Of a DNA stretch of 64,000 bases, positions 1-10,279 are shown one piece after another (within the stretch, counting starts at the first letter, position 1; every line of letters starts with the position of its first letter). The DNA lies in assembly GCA_041662565.1 (NCBI GenBank), contig JBAZSE010000002.1, forward strand, positions 27,244-91,243, written 5' to 3'. The DNA comes from Patescibacteria group bacterium (GTDB taxonomy: Bacteria; Patescibacteriota; Patescibacteriia; UBA1558; UBA10009). The translations under genes were made by a program, and so were the position numbers. The notes beneath the pieces are model-generated. The model was not told the origin of the DNA, ran no database searches, and saw only the letters and a program-made list of their open reading frames with translations.

Positions 1-550
1 CTTTTAAAACCGAATGCCCCAATGAAGCAATTTGATTGCCGGCATCATTAATCAGATATTCTTTTACCACACTATGGCCGCAAAGCTTTAGTACGTTACC
101 CAAAACATCGCCATAAAAACCGCCTCGGCCATTGCCAACGGTTAAAGGCCCGGTAGGATTAGCGCTGATAAATTCCAGCTGGATCTTTTGGGATTTTCGC
201 GATACAACTTGGCCAAACTTTTCTTTTTGGCTTAAAACTTCTTTGGCTCTGTTATTTAAAAATTCTTCAGACAAGTAAAAATTAATAAAACCTGGAGCCA
301 CAACTTCAATTTTAGAAAATATTTTAGCGATTTTGGTGTCTTTTTTTAAGCTATCAGCCAACTTGCCGGCCAATTCCAAAGGCGGTAGCTTAAGCAATTT
401 ACCCGCTTTTAAGGCCACACTAACCGTATAATCGCCAAATTTTTCGGTTGTTGGATATTCAACGATAAAAGCTAAATCCGCCAAACCAGAATCCAGTTTA
501 ACCAAATGCTTCTGAACAAGCTGTTTTATTTGATTTTTTATTAAATTCAT
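1..550 (-). CDS. argS: Arginyl-tRNA synthetase, N-terminal part (runs off window start)
   Basis: Manual translation from ATG at 550: MNLIKNQIKQ...FGDY...VAPGFINF...EFISANPTGPLTVGNGRG (HIGH-equivalent region)...EYLINDAGNQ. Confidence 0.95.
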   Translation of the reverse strand, partial: MNLIKNQIKQLVQKHLVKLDSGLADLAFIVEYPTTEKFGDYTVSVALKAGKLLKLPPLELAGKLADSLKKDTKIAKIFSKIEVVAPGFINFYLSEEFLNNRAKEVLSQKEKFGQVVSRKSQKIQLEFISANPTGPLTVGNGRGGFYGDVLGNVLKLCGHSVVKEYLINDAGNQIASLGHSVLK

Positions 551-780
551 AAAAGTTGTAAAGCTAGTTTATTATAATGAAATCCTCTTTATTAAACAAA
601 TGCCGACTATGAACAGCTTTTCCCCCATAAAGCATTAGCCCGCCCATTGGCTCGCAAATCTTTATGCTTTACCATCAATACTTGCCTCATAGCGGATAAT
701 TGCTATAATGAGCGCATGATACTAGTTTGGCTATATTATATATGTAGCTGACTTTTACCTTAAAGACAGTTGGATACTTT

Positions 781-1242
781 ATGAAAATTTTAGCCGACAA
801 CAAACGAGCCAACTTTGAGTACACTATCTTGCAAAAATGGCAGGCCGGTTTAAAATTGACCGGACCGGAAGTTAAAACCGCCAAGCTGGGGCAAATTGAT
901 TTAAAGGGCGCCTACGTTACTTTAGAAAGCATGCCCGGCAAATTAATGCCCGAGGCCTGGTTAGTGGGAGCCCATATTGCCAAATACGCGCCCGCCGGCT
1001 ACTCCCAAAACCATTATAATCCTTTAAGAAAACGCAAACTCCTGCTTAATAAGAAGGAAATTGCCGAACTTATAGGCAAAACCAAGCAGAAAGGGTTGAC
1101 AGTTTTGCCTCTTTTAGTGTATACTTCTCAAAGATTGGTCAAGTTGGAAATCGGCTTGGGCCAAGGAAAAAAGAAATTTGACAAACGAGAAACAATTAAA
1201 AAAAGAGAGTTTGAACGAAGCAAGCAACGATTGATGAAGTAG
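781..1242 (+). CDS. smpB: SsrA-binding protein
   Basis: NKRA, GLKLTGPEVK, RKRKLLLNKKEI, GKKKFDKRETIKKRE motifs; adjacent to tmRNA. Confidence 0.97.
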   Translation: MKILADNKRANFEYTILQKWQAGLKLTGPEVKTAKLGQIDLKGAYVTLESMPGKLMPEAWLVGAHIAKYAPAGYSQNHYNPLRKRKLLLNKKEIAELIGKTKQKGLTVLPLLVYTSQRLVKLEIGLGQGKKKFDKRETIKKREFERSKQRLMK

Positions 1243-1278
1243 AAAACCACGAGTTCCGACTTTACGTCGGGACGAGCC

Positions 1279-1379
1279 TAAAAATTAGCAATAGCTAATT
1301 TTTAAGAGGAAGACATTGATTGAAGCCAAAGTCACTTCGCGAAGAGCGGAGGGACGGAGGCTGAAAGCAATGTCTGACG
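1279..1379 (+). ncRNA. Structured two-hairpin element immediately 5' of tmRNA (homologous to 55690-55791)
   Basis: Hairpin TAAAAATTAGC-AATA-GCTAATTTTTA, then long stem AGACATTG...CAATGTCT with GA-rich internal loops; stems covary with the second copy. Confidence 0.55.
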
Positions 1380-1383
1380 ACGA

Positions 1384-1772
1384 GGGGATGTTTAAATTTG
1401 CTGGCTCGCTTTTTAATTGAGATGGCTAGAAGAAGTCGGTAGAACTTCTATAAAAAGCTGCCACCTTGGATAAATGCCAAGAACTTTATGGCTAAATTGA
1501 GAATGGCTTTTAGCCCTCTCTCTTTGGTCTCTGCCGCAGCTTAATACCTGCAGCCATCCGTACCGGCAACGCCTGCGAGCCGGATATCGGGTGTTATATT
1601 ATCAGGACCGCCCATAATAATCGCTTTCGGATTATGGGTTAAATTAGAAAGCATGGTTAAATTGCCGTTTGCCCTTTTAAAACAATTTAACCGAGAATAA
1701 AAAAGGGATATTCTAGTAGGCATTTTAATTTGAAGCAGTTACACGCGGGTGCAATACCCGCCATCTCCACCA
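1384..1772 (+). ncRNA. ssrA: tmRNA; tag reading frame 1476-1544 AKNFMAKLRMAFSPLSLVSAAA*
   Basis: 5' GGGGATG pairs with 3' CATCTCC-ACCA (G3:U alanine identity pair); T-arm GCGGG-TGCAATA-CCCGC; ATAAAT-GCC resume context; tag ends AAA-stop; downstream of smpB. Confidence 0.93.
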
Positions 1773-1842
1773 GCCCTCACTCGCCAAAGGCGATCTACGG
1801 CTGGCTTTGTTATGTAGGTTATTTATAAAAGTCAAAAAAACA

Positions 1843-2403
1843 ATGCTTAGAACCAAAGGCAGAAGAAAAAAATATACCCCCAGCAAGGATGTTTATCGCA
1901 TTAACTTGCGCATCCGCGTGCCGGAGGTTAGAGTAATTGATGAAACCGGCCAGCAAATCGGGGTCATGAAAACCAGTCAGGCGCTTGTTTTGGCCGAAGA
2001 AAAAGGTTTGGATTTGGTGGAAGTTTTTCCTAAAAGCGTTCCTCCTGTTTGCAAACTTTTGGATTATGGCCAATACCAGTATCAATTGGCCCGAAAAGTT
2101 CAAGACCAAAAAGCCAAGGTTAAAAAAGTGGAAACCAAAGGCATTAGAATTTCTTACAAAATCGGCCAACATGATTTGGATTTTAGAAAAGACCAGGCGT
2201 TAAAATTTTTAAGCAAAGGCGATAAAGTTAAAATTGAAATGATTTTAAAAGGCCGAGAGAAAAAATTCAATGCCGATGCCTTTGAAAAAATGAATGACTT
2301 TATCAAATTACTTGCCCAAGATGCCAAGTTTACGGTAGAACAGCCCTTAAAGCGGCAAGGTGGGCAAATTTTTACTTTAATTACCCCCACCCCTGCCCAA
2401 TAA
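1843..2403 (+). CDS. infC: Translation initiation factor IF-3
   Basis: RINLRIRVPEVRVID...GLDLVEV...PPVCKLLDYG...HDLDFRK; infC-rpmI-rplT order; start codon uncertain. Confidence 0.96.
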   Translation: MLRTKGRRKKYTPSKDVYRINLRIRVPEVRVIDETGQQIGVMKTSQALVLAEEKGLDLVEVFPKSVPPVCKLLDYGQYQYQLARKVQDQKAKVKKVETKGIRISYKIGQHDLDFRKDQALKFLSKGDKVKIEMILKGREKKFNADAFEKMNDFIKLLAQDAKFTVEQPLKRQGGQIFTLITPTPAQ

Positions 2404-2446
2404 TTATTTAAAATGAATTTAATATTTAAAATTTGGAATTAAAACT

Positions 2447-2644
2447 ATGCCCAAACTAAAAACCAATAAAACCATCAGCAAACGCGTCCGCCTTACCAAG
2501 GGCAACAAGCTTAGGGTAAGCACAGCCGGCCAAAACCATTTTAACGCCCGCGAACGCGGCAACACCACCCGGAACAAAAGAAGCGACCATAATTTAACCG
2601 GCGCCAACAAACTAAACATTAAAAAATTAATCCCCTATTCTTAA
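2447..2644 (+). CDS. rpmI: 50S ribosomal protein L35
   Basis: MPKLKTNKTISKRVRLT; operon context. Confidence 0.95.
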   Translation: MPKLKTNKTISKRVRLTKGNKLRVSTAGQNHFNARERGNTTRNKRSDHNLTGANKLNIKKLIPYS

Positions 2645-2678
2645 TTAATTTGGAATTTGGAATTCATAACTAAATCAT

Positions 2679-3023
2679 ATGCCAAGAGTAAAACGAGGAA
2701 AAGTCAGAGCCAAAAAAAGAAAAGTTCTACTGGCTAAAGCCAAGGGCTTTAAGTGGGGTCGCAAAAAGAAAGTTAAGCTGGCCAAACCGGCCGTTAAAAA
2801 AGCCGGCGTTTACGCGTACCGCGATCGCAGGAACAAAAAAAGATCAGCTCGCGGATTATGGCAAGTTAAAATCAGTGCTCCTCTTAAAGAACAAGGTTTA
2901 AGCTATAGCAAGTTCATTGGCGAACTAAAAAAGAAAAACATCATTTTAGATCGCAAAATTTTAGCCGATTTAGCCGAAAAAAATCCATTGATATTCAACG
3001 AAATCATGAAACTGGTAAAATAG
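2679..3023 (+). CDS. rplT: 50S ribosomal protein L20
   Basis: MPRVKRG...YAYRDRRNKKR...LW...SYSKFI...LDRKILADLA. Confidence 0.97.
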   Translation: MPRVKRGKVRAKKRKVLLAKAKGFKWGRKKKVKLAKPAVKKAGVYAYRDRRNKKRSARGLWQVKISAPLKEQGLSYSKFIGELKKKNIILDRKILADLAEKNPLIFNEIMKLVK

Positions 3024-3046
3024 ATTGATAAAGAGTTGCATTTGCA

Positions 3047-3070
3047 GGCCTTGAGCGAAGTCGAAAGGCC
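3047..3070. repeat. Short palindromic repeat CCTTGAGCGAAGTCGAAAGG family (copies at 34711-34730 and 55970-55991)
   Basis: Three near-identical intergenic copies seen directly. Confidence 0.75.
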
Positions 3071-3118
3071 GAAAAAAATCCGGCGATTTTCAGCGAAATC
3101 ATGAAACTGGTAAAATAA
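3068..3118 (+). repeat. Diverged direct duplication of the rplT 3' end (2973-3023)
   Basis: Encodes AEKNPAIFSEIMKLVK* versus AEKNPLIFNEIMKLVK*; CGAAATCATGAAACTGGTAAAATA is identical in both. Confidence 0.9.
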
Positions 3119-3147
3119 TTCAAACTTAAAAAAGGCGTTTATCTGTT

Positions 3148-3224
3148 GGGATGGTAGCTCAGTTGGTTAGAGCGCCTCCCTGTCACGGAGGAGGTCGCGG
3201 GTTCGAGTCCCGTCCGTCCCGCCA
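3148..3224 (+). tRNA. tRNA-Asp(GTC)
   Basis: Cloverleaf GGGATGG/CCGTCCC, anticodon loop CT-GTC-AC, GGTTCGAGTCC, encoded CCA. Confidence 0.97.
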
Positions 3225-4024
3225 GATAAGCGCCTTTTTTTGTTGGCAAATTTTAAGTACCAAATTGTTGTTATCAAAAATACCGCCAAACAAAACCATT
3301 GCACCCAGGTTAAATTACCCAGCCCTTTAACCGAATCCAGCCGTAAAAATTCGGTAAAAAACCTGATAAGGGCATAACCGCCCAAATAAAATAAGGCAAT
3401 GCTGCCGGCCAAGATATTTTTATTTTTCAAAAATAACCAGATATAAGCAAAAAGCAAAAAACAAAGAATGGATTCGTATAAAAATACCGGATGAAAATAA
3501 ACAAAATTTATAAACTGCTCCGGACGATTAACCACCGCAATAGGTATGCACCAGTTAAAATTGCAAGGCAAACCGAATAATTCCTGATTAAAATAATTAC
3601 CCCATCGGCCAATTGCCTGCCCTAAAGGCAAAACCATTGCTAAAATATCGGCCAAATTCCAAAATAACAACCGATGTTTGCGGCAATAAACAAATAAAAC
3701 AATCAAACCGGCCACAATTGCGCCATAAATTGCCAAGCCCCCTTGCCAAATTTTAAAGATAGCCCAAGGATTAGCAAAAAAATAAGCAAAATTATAAAAC
3801 AAAACATGCCACAGCCGAGCGCCCAACAAGCCAAAAATCACCAAATAAAAAACCAAATTAATAAATTGATCCTGATTTAACTTTGCCTTGATAGCCATTT
3901 TTAGCCCCAGCCAAAAACACAAAAAAACGGCTGCCGCAATCAGCAAACCGTACCAATGAATTTGGATTATTCCTAAATCCCACAAAACTGGGGAGGGTAA
4001 AAAAGAATGCAAAAAATTAAACAT
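3167..4024 (-). CDS. lgt: Prolipoprotein diacylglyceryl transferase
   Basis: IHWYGL, GARLWHV, IWQGGLAIYG, GQAIGRWGNYFNQELFG, HPVFLYES, RFFTEFLR; stop lies inside the antisense tRNA-Asp. Confidence 0.96.
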   Translation of the reverse strand: MFNFLHSFLPSPVLWDLGIIQIHWYGLLIAAAVFLCFWLGLKMAIKAKLNQDQFINLVFYLVIFGLLGARLWHVLFYNFAYFFANPWAIFKIWQGGLAIYGAIVAGLIVLFVYCRKHRLLFWNLADILAMVLPLGQAIGRWGNYFNQELFGLPCNFNWCIPIAVVNRPEQFINFVYFHPVFLYESILCFLLFAYIWLFLKNKNILAGSIALFYLGGYALIRFFTEFLRLDSVKGLGNLTWVQWFCLAVFLITTIWYLKFANKKRRLSGGTDGTRTRDLLRDREAL

Positions 4025-4061
4025 TGATCCCTTTATTAAAGTTAGTGTCGGCAAAAAGAAT

Positions 4062-4697
4062 CTATTTTGTTGAATCGCTTTGTTTTAACGGCACCAACGG
4101 CTCAATTAAGGCCTGAACCATTTCGGGCAAAGTTCCCCAATCAGCCACCTTTTGACCGTTTAAAATAAAGGTCGGGGTGGAATTATAGCCCTCTTTTTTG
4201 GCCGTAGCTATATCCGTTTGCACTCTGGCCTCTTTAACTCCGGAAGCCAAGCAATCTTGCCACAAGGCAACATCCAAGCCCTCTACCTTGCCCGCGTAGG
4301 CAAGTAAATCCGCTTTGGTTAATGCTTGTTGATTAACAAACAATAAATCATGGTATTCCCAAAATTTTCCCTGATCAGAAGCGCATTCCGAGGCCACTGC
4401 CGCCTTAAAAGCGTAAGGATGAATGCTGGAAAGAGGAAAATGCCGGTATTGAAACTTTATTTTATCGGCATAATGATTCATTAAAACCTTAACCGTAGTA
4501 TAAGCCAAACCGCAAGCCGGACATTGAAAATCCGAAAATTCCGTTAAAACCACACTGGCTTCGGGATTGCCAAAAATATGGGGATCGGTATTTAACTCGG
4601 CATATTCAACTTTTGGGCCGCTAAAAAAAACAAAATAAACAATTAAAATTACCGCTACTGTTGCTAAAATCCACCAATATTTTTTAAGTAAATTCAT
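4062..4697 (-). CDS. Membrane-anchored DsbA-family thiol-disulfide oxidoreductase
   Basis: N-terminal TM helix, EFSDFQCPAC, YRHFPL, STPTFILNG. Confidence 0.9.
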   Translation of the reverse strand: MNLLKKYWWILATVAVILIVYFVFFSGPKVEYAELNTDPHIFGNPEASVVLTEFSDFQCPACGLAYTTVKVLMNHYADKIKFQYRHFPLSSIHPYAFKAAVASECASDQGKFWEYHDLLFVNQQALTKADLLAYAGKVEGLDVALWQDCLASGVKEARVQTDIATAKKEGYNSTPTFILNGQKVADWGTLPEMVQALIEPLVPLKQSDSTK

Positions 4698-4776
4698 ATG
4701 GTCCAAAATTTAGTTAAATATTAAATTTTTAAAGATGAAACTATTATATAGCAAATGCGGACAATACCGCAATCCC

Positions 4777-5508
4777 CTAATTACCCTCGGCTAAACCCTG
4801 CTCAATTAGTTCCATAAATTTTTCGCGGGGAATACTGCCGGCAATCCGGTAACCGTTGATAAAAAAGGTCGGAGTAGCCCGAACTCCCAAATCATTGCCA
4901 TCCAAAAGATCTCGGGCAACTTCCTGCTGGTATTTATGGCTGTCCAAACAATTATTAAATTTTTGAGTATCTAAACTCAATTCTTTGGCAAAACGTTTTA
5001 AATCATCACTGGCCATGATGGCTTGATTCATAAAAATTTTATCATGCATTGGCCAAAATTTATTCTGTTCTTGAGCGCAATTTCCGGCTTCGGCCGCTAA
5101 AGCGGCATTTTCGTGGCCGGCTAAAGTTGTAATCGGAAAATCACGGTAAACAAAATAAATTTTATCCTGATAACGTTCCATAATTTCTCTAACAACCGGA
5201 AATGATTGATAACAATAGGGGCAGGCAAAATCGGCAAATTCCACGATTTTAACTTTAGTCGACTTTTGGCCCCACGCGGGATCATCTTCGCTGTGCAAAT
5301 ACAGCTTATCATCGGTGACTTGATTTTTATCAATCACTTGGCCAACGGGCTTATTATTGGCCGCTTGATAATAATAAATGGCGTTAGTTAAAATTACATA
5401 ACCGCCAAAAATAATTATCACAATCCCCCACCAGCGCTTATACCAACGCTTTTTTGGTCCTGCTAAATTATTTTGAAGCCCGTTAAAATTTATGTTTTGT
5501 TCTGTCAT
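4777..5508 (-). CDS. Membrane-anchored DsbA-family oxidoreductase
   Basis: TM helix, EFADFACPYC, YRDFP, GVRATPTFFING. Confidence 0.9.
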   Translation of the reverse strand: MTEQNINFNGLQNNLAGPKKRWYKRWWGIVIIIFGGYVILTNAIYYYQAANNKPVGQVIDKNQVTDDKLYLHSEDDPAWGQKSTKVKIVEFADFACPYCYQSFPVVREIMERYQDKIYFVYRDFPITTLAGHENAALAAEAGNCAQEQNKFWPMHDKIFMNQAIMASDDLKRFAKELSLDTQKFNNCLDSHKYQQEVARDLLDGNDLGVRATPTFFINGYRIAGSIPREKFMELIEQGLAEGN

Positions 5509-6959
5509 AATGGATGTTTTTTATGCCACATGGTTGCTTCTTGAAAATTATAAGCCAAGCGCAACATAGTAGCTTCGGCCCAAGGGGCTCCTAAAATTTG
5601 CATACCGATCGGCAGGTTGTTTTTATCAAAACCGGCCGGAATGGAAATGCCGCACAAACCCGCAATATTGGCGGATACGGTAAAAATATCCGATAAATAC
5701 ATAGTTAGCGGATCGGCTGATTTTTCGCCTAATTTAAAAGCAGTGGCTGGCGTAGTTGGAGTAAGAAGCAGATCAACTTGATTAAAAACCTCGGCGTATT
5801 CGCGGGAAATTAAACTTTGGACTTTTCTGGCTTGCTGGTAATAGGCCTCTTGGTAACCGGCCGACAAAACGTAAGTGCCCATAATTAAACGGCGCTTAAC
5901 TTCGGCTCCAAAACCCTCGGCCTTGGTTTTTTGATAAACTTCATTTAAACTTTTAGCTACTTTGCTTTGATAACCGTAACGAATACCGTCAAACCGCGCT
6001 AAATTGCTCGAAACTTCGGCCGGCATAATAATATAATAAACAGCCAAAGCGTAAGAAGTATGTGGCAAACTAACTTCCACCGTTTTTGCCCCAAGTTCTT
6101 CAATTTTTTTAATGGCCTGTTTAAGCGCTAAGCTAACTTCCGCAGAAATACCAGCGGCAAAATATTCTTTGGGCAAACCGATTTTAAGGCCTTTAATGTT
6201 TTGCGAAAGAGGAGCCAGATAATTTTCTACCGGTTTATTTACAACTGTAGCATCATAATTATCAGGTCCGGCAATAACATTTAATACCAAAGCACTATCT
6301 TCAACCGAACGGGTAATGGGGCCGGCTTGATCCAGTGAAGAAGTCATGGCTATTAAGCCATAGCGGCTAACTCGGCCGTAACTGGGCTTTAAGCCCACCA
6401 CCCCGCATAAAGCAGCCGGTTGCCTAATGGAACCACCTGTATCGGTGCCAATGGAAAAAACTCCCAAATCAGCGGCCACCGCAGCGGCGCTGCCACCTGA
6501 TGATCCGCCTGGCACCCTGGTTTTATCCCAAGGGTTAAGCACCGCGCCAAAAGCCGAAGATTCATTGGAAGAGCCCATGGCAAATTCATCGCAATTGTTT
6601 TTGCCTAAAATGATCGCTCCCGCTTCTTTTAACCGTTTAACCACCGTGGCATCGTAGGGAGCAACATAATCGGCTAAAATTTTGGAACTGGCCGTTGCCT
6701 TAATGCCTTTAATTAAAATTAAATCCTTAATGGAAATTGGCACGCCTTCTAAAACTTCCAATTCTTGGTTGCTGGCAATTTTTTTATCAACTTTTTTGGC
6801 ATCTGCTAAGGCCTCATCCGCCATGACGGTAATAAAAGCGTTTAAATCCTGCTGTTCGGTAATTTTTTTTAAATAATAAGAAACCAATTCCACGCAGGAA
6901 AAATCCTTATTTTTAAGGCCGGAGGCAACTTGAGAAATTGTTAAATATGAAAATGGCAT
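5505..6959 (-). CDS. gatA: Asp/Glu-tRNA amidotransferase subunit A
   Basis: Amidase signature GGSSGGSAAAVA, GTDTGGSIRQPA, SSNLARFDGIRYG, GFGAEVKRR. Confidence 0.98.
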   Translation of the reverse strand: MPFSYLTISQVASGLKNKDFSCVELVSYYLKKITEQQDLNAFITVMADEALADAKKVDKKIASNQELEVLEGVPISIKDLILIKGIKATASSKILADYVAPYDATVVKRLKEAGAIILGKNNCDEFAMGSSNESSAFGAVLNPWDKTRVPGGSSGGSAAAVAADLGVFSIGTDTGGSIRQPAALCGVVGLKPSYGRVSRYGLIAMTSSLDQAGPITRSVEDSALVLNVIAGPDNYDATVVNKPVENYLAPLSQNIKGLKIGLPKEYFAAGISAEVSLALKQAIKKIEELGAKTVEVSLPHTSYALAVYYIIMPAEVSSNLARFDGIRYGYQSKVAKSLNEVYQKTKAEGFGAEVKRRLIMGTYVLSAGYQEAYYQQARKVQSLISREYAEVFNQVDLLLTPTTPATAFKLGEKSADPLTMYLSDIFTVSANIAGLCGISIPAGFDKNNLPIGMQILGAPWAEATMLRLAYNFQEATMWHKKHPL

Positions 6960-6962
6960 GCT

Positions 6963-7247
6963 TTAAAAAACCGGCTTGGTTTTAATTAAATTATCCTTAG
7001 TTTCCGGAGCTTGTTGAATTAATGACTCTTGTTCTAAAATCGAAATACCAATTACCCGATCGGCTCTTAATACATTTTGGGTTGCTGGAGTTAATTCGGC
7101 TGATTCAACCTTGATTTCTTTCAAATTATCAACATAACCCAAAATAGAAGAAATTTCCGTTGCGAATTTTTCCTTTTCTTGGGCAGTTAATTCAATTTTA
7201 GCTAAAGTTGCTAATTTTTCTACTTCTTGAATATTTAACATAATCAT
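6963..7247 (-). CDS. gatC: Asp/Glu-tRNA amidotransferase subunit C
   Basis: VEKLATLAKIEL...ILGYVDNL...NVLRAD; directly upstream of gatA. Confidence 0.9.
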   Translation of the reverse strand: MIMLNIQEVEKLATLAKIELTAQEKEKFATEISSILGYVDNLKEIKVESAELTPATQNVLRADRVIGISILEQESLIQQAPETKDNLIKTKPVF

Positions 7248-7321
7248 CTATTATCTTACATTAATTCAGCTTACTTGACAATTTATAAAAATTACTCTAT
7301 AATAGCCGAACTTTGAACATT

Positions 7322-7411
7322 GGGGGTGTAACCAAAGGGACTCGCAATCCTGCGTAACAAGGCAGCGGCCTCCAGAGCCGCCATCTGAGGGTTCGAATCC
7401 CTCCATCCCCG
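7322..7411 (+). tRNA. Atypical tRNA-Trp(CCA) with enlarged D-loop (90 nt)
   Basis: Acceptor GGGGGTG/CATCCCC, anticodon arm GCGGC-CTCCAGA-GCCGC, T-arm GAGGG-TTCGAAT-CCCTC; extra sequence in the D region; CCA end not encoded. Confidence 0.7.
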
Positions 7412-7417
7412 CAAAAT

Positions 7418-7490
7418 TGGGAAGTAGCTCAACTGGTAGAGCGTCGGACTTCGAGTCCGGAGGTTAGGGGTTCGATTCCCTTCTTCCCAG
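7418..7490 (+). tRNA. tRNA-Arg(TCG), atypical identity elements
   Basis: Acceptor TGGGAAG/CTTCCCA, D-arm GCTC-AACTGGTA-GAGC, anticodon arm TCGGA-CTTCGAG-TCCGG, GGTTCGATTCC. Confidence 0.8.
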
Positions 7491-7595
7491 CATAATGGGC
7501 ACGAACATGCTTTAACAAGGATTTGGTTTCTCAACTAAAACTTTAACTAAAGCTATATGCCCTAAAACTATGGCCCATTCATCAGCGGGTCCACG

Positions 7596-7657
7596 GCGCA
7601 ATAACTCACTTTTGTTCATCTGCGGTGAACTAAGTTGGTATTTGCGCCTCTTTTTTT
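7596..7657 (+). terminator. Long hairpin terminator after the tRNA pair
   Basis: GGCGCAA...TTGCGCC followed by TCTTTTTTT. Confidence 0.7.
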
Positions 7658-7745
7658 ACTTGACAATTTCAATAAACTGTTGTAATATATCTTGTTAAGT
7701 ACCGTCCGTAATCAACAATATCCACCCAAAATTTTAAGGGGCAAA

Positions 7746-8021
7746 ATGAAAGAAATCATTGTTCTTACACAAGAACCGGACATAGCAGAAGAGCAATTCT
7801 GTTATCTCGGCGAAGTATCCAGCTACGGTGAAGACCGGGCACTCGACTCAACCGATATCCTGCTCGCTGACCAACGCGCCAAGAAACAAGCAATGGAATT
7901 CCTTGAATTAGAAGTGCTAAAAGCGGGCGGAACTCATGTTTACATTGCCAAAGAAAATCATCATGGAACAGTAGCTCCCATCGTGACACTCGAAGGCAAG
8001 ATGTATAAAGTCAATACTTAA
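7746..8021 (+). CDS. Small hypothetical protein (solo cassette)
   Basis: ORF with own promoter TTGACA-17-TAATAT (7660-7688), AAGGGG RBS and terminator 8029-8120. Confidence 0.7.
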   Translation: MKEIIVLTQEPDIAEEQFCYLGEVSSYGEDRALDSTDILLADQRAKKQAMEFLELEVLKAGGTHVYIAKENHHGTVAPIVTLEGKMYKVNT

Positions 8022-8118
8022 TACTCTTAGGCGCAAGCATTAACTCTCCTTGGTCTTTCCGAACAATCTTCGGAACAACCCTGAGGCAGAAAGAGGTTGA
8101 TCGCTTGCGCCTCTTTTT

Positions 8119-10279
<2,161 letters not shown>

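Noticed and set aside
7322-7411. tRNA-Sec because of the 90 nt length
   Set aside because: The anticodon is CCA, the acceptor stem is 7 bp, and the extra sequence is in the D-loop rather than the variable arm
7418-7490. Genome-wide CGA/CGG codon reassignment
   Set aside because: CGA encodes conserved Arg in SmpB (DKRE) and L20 (VKRG)
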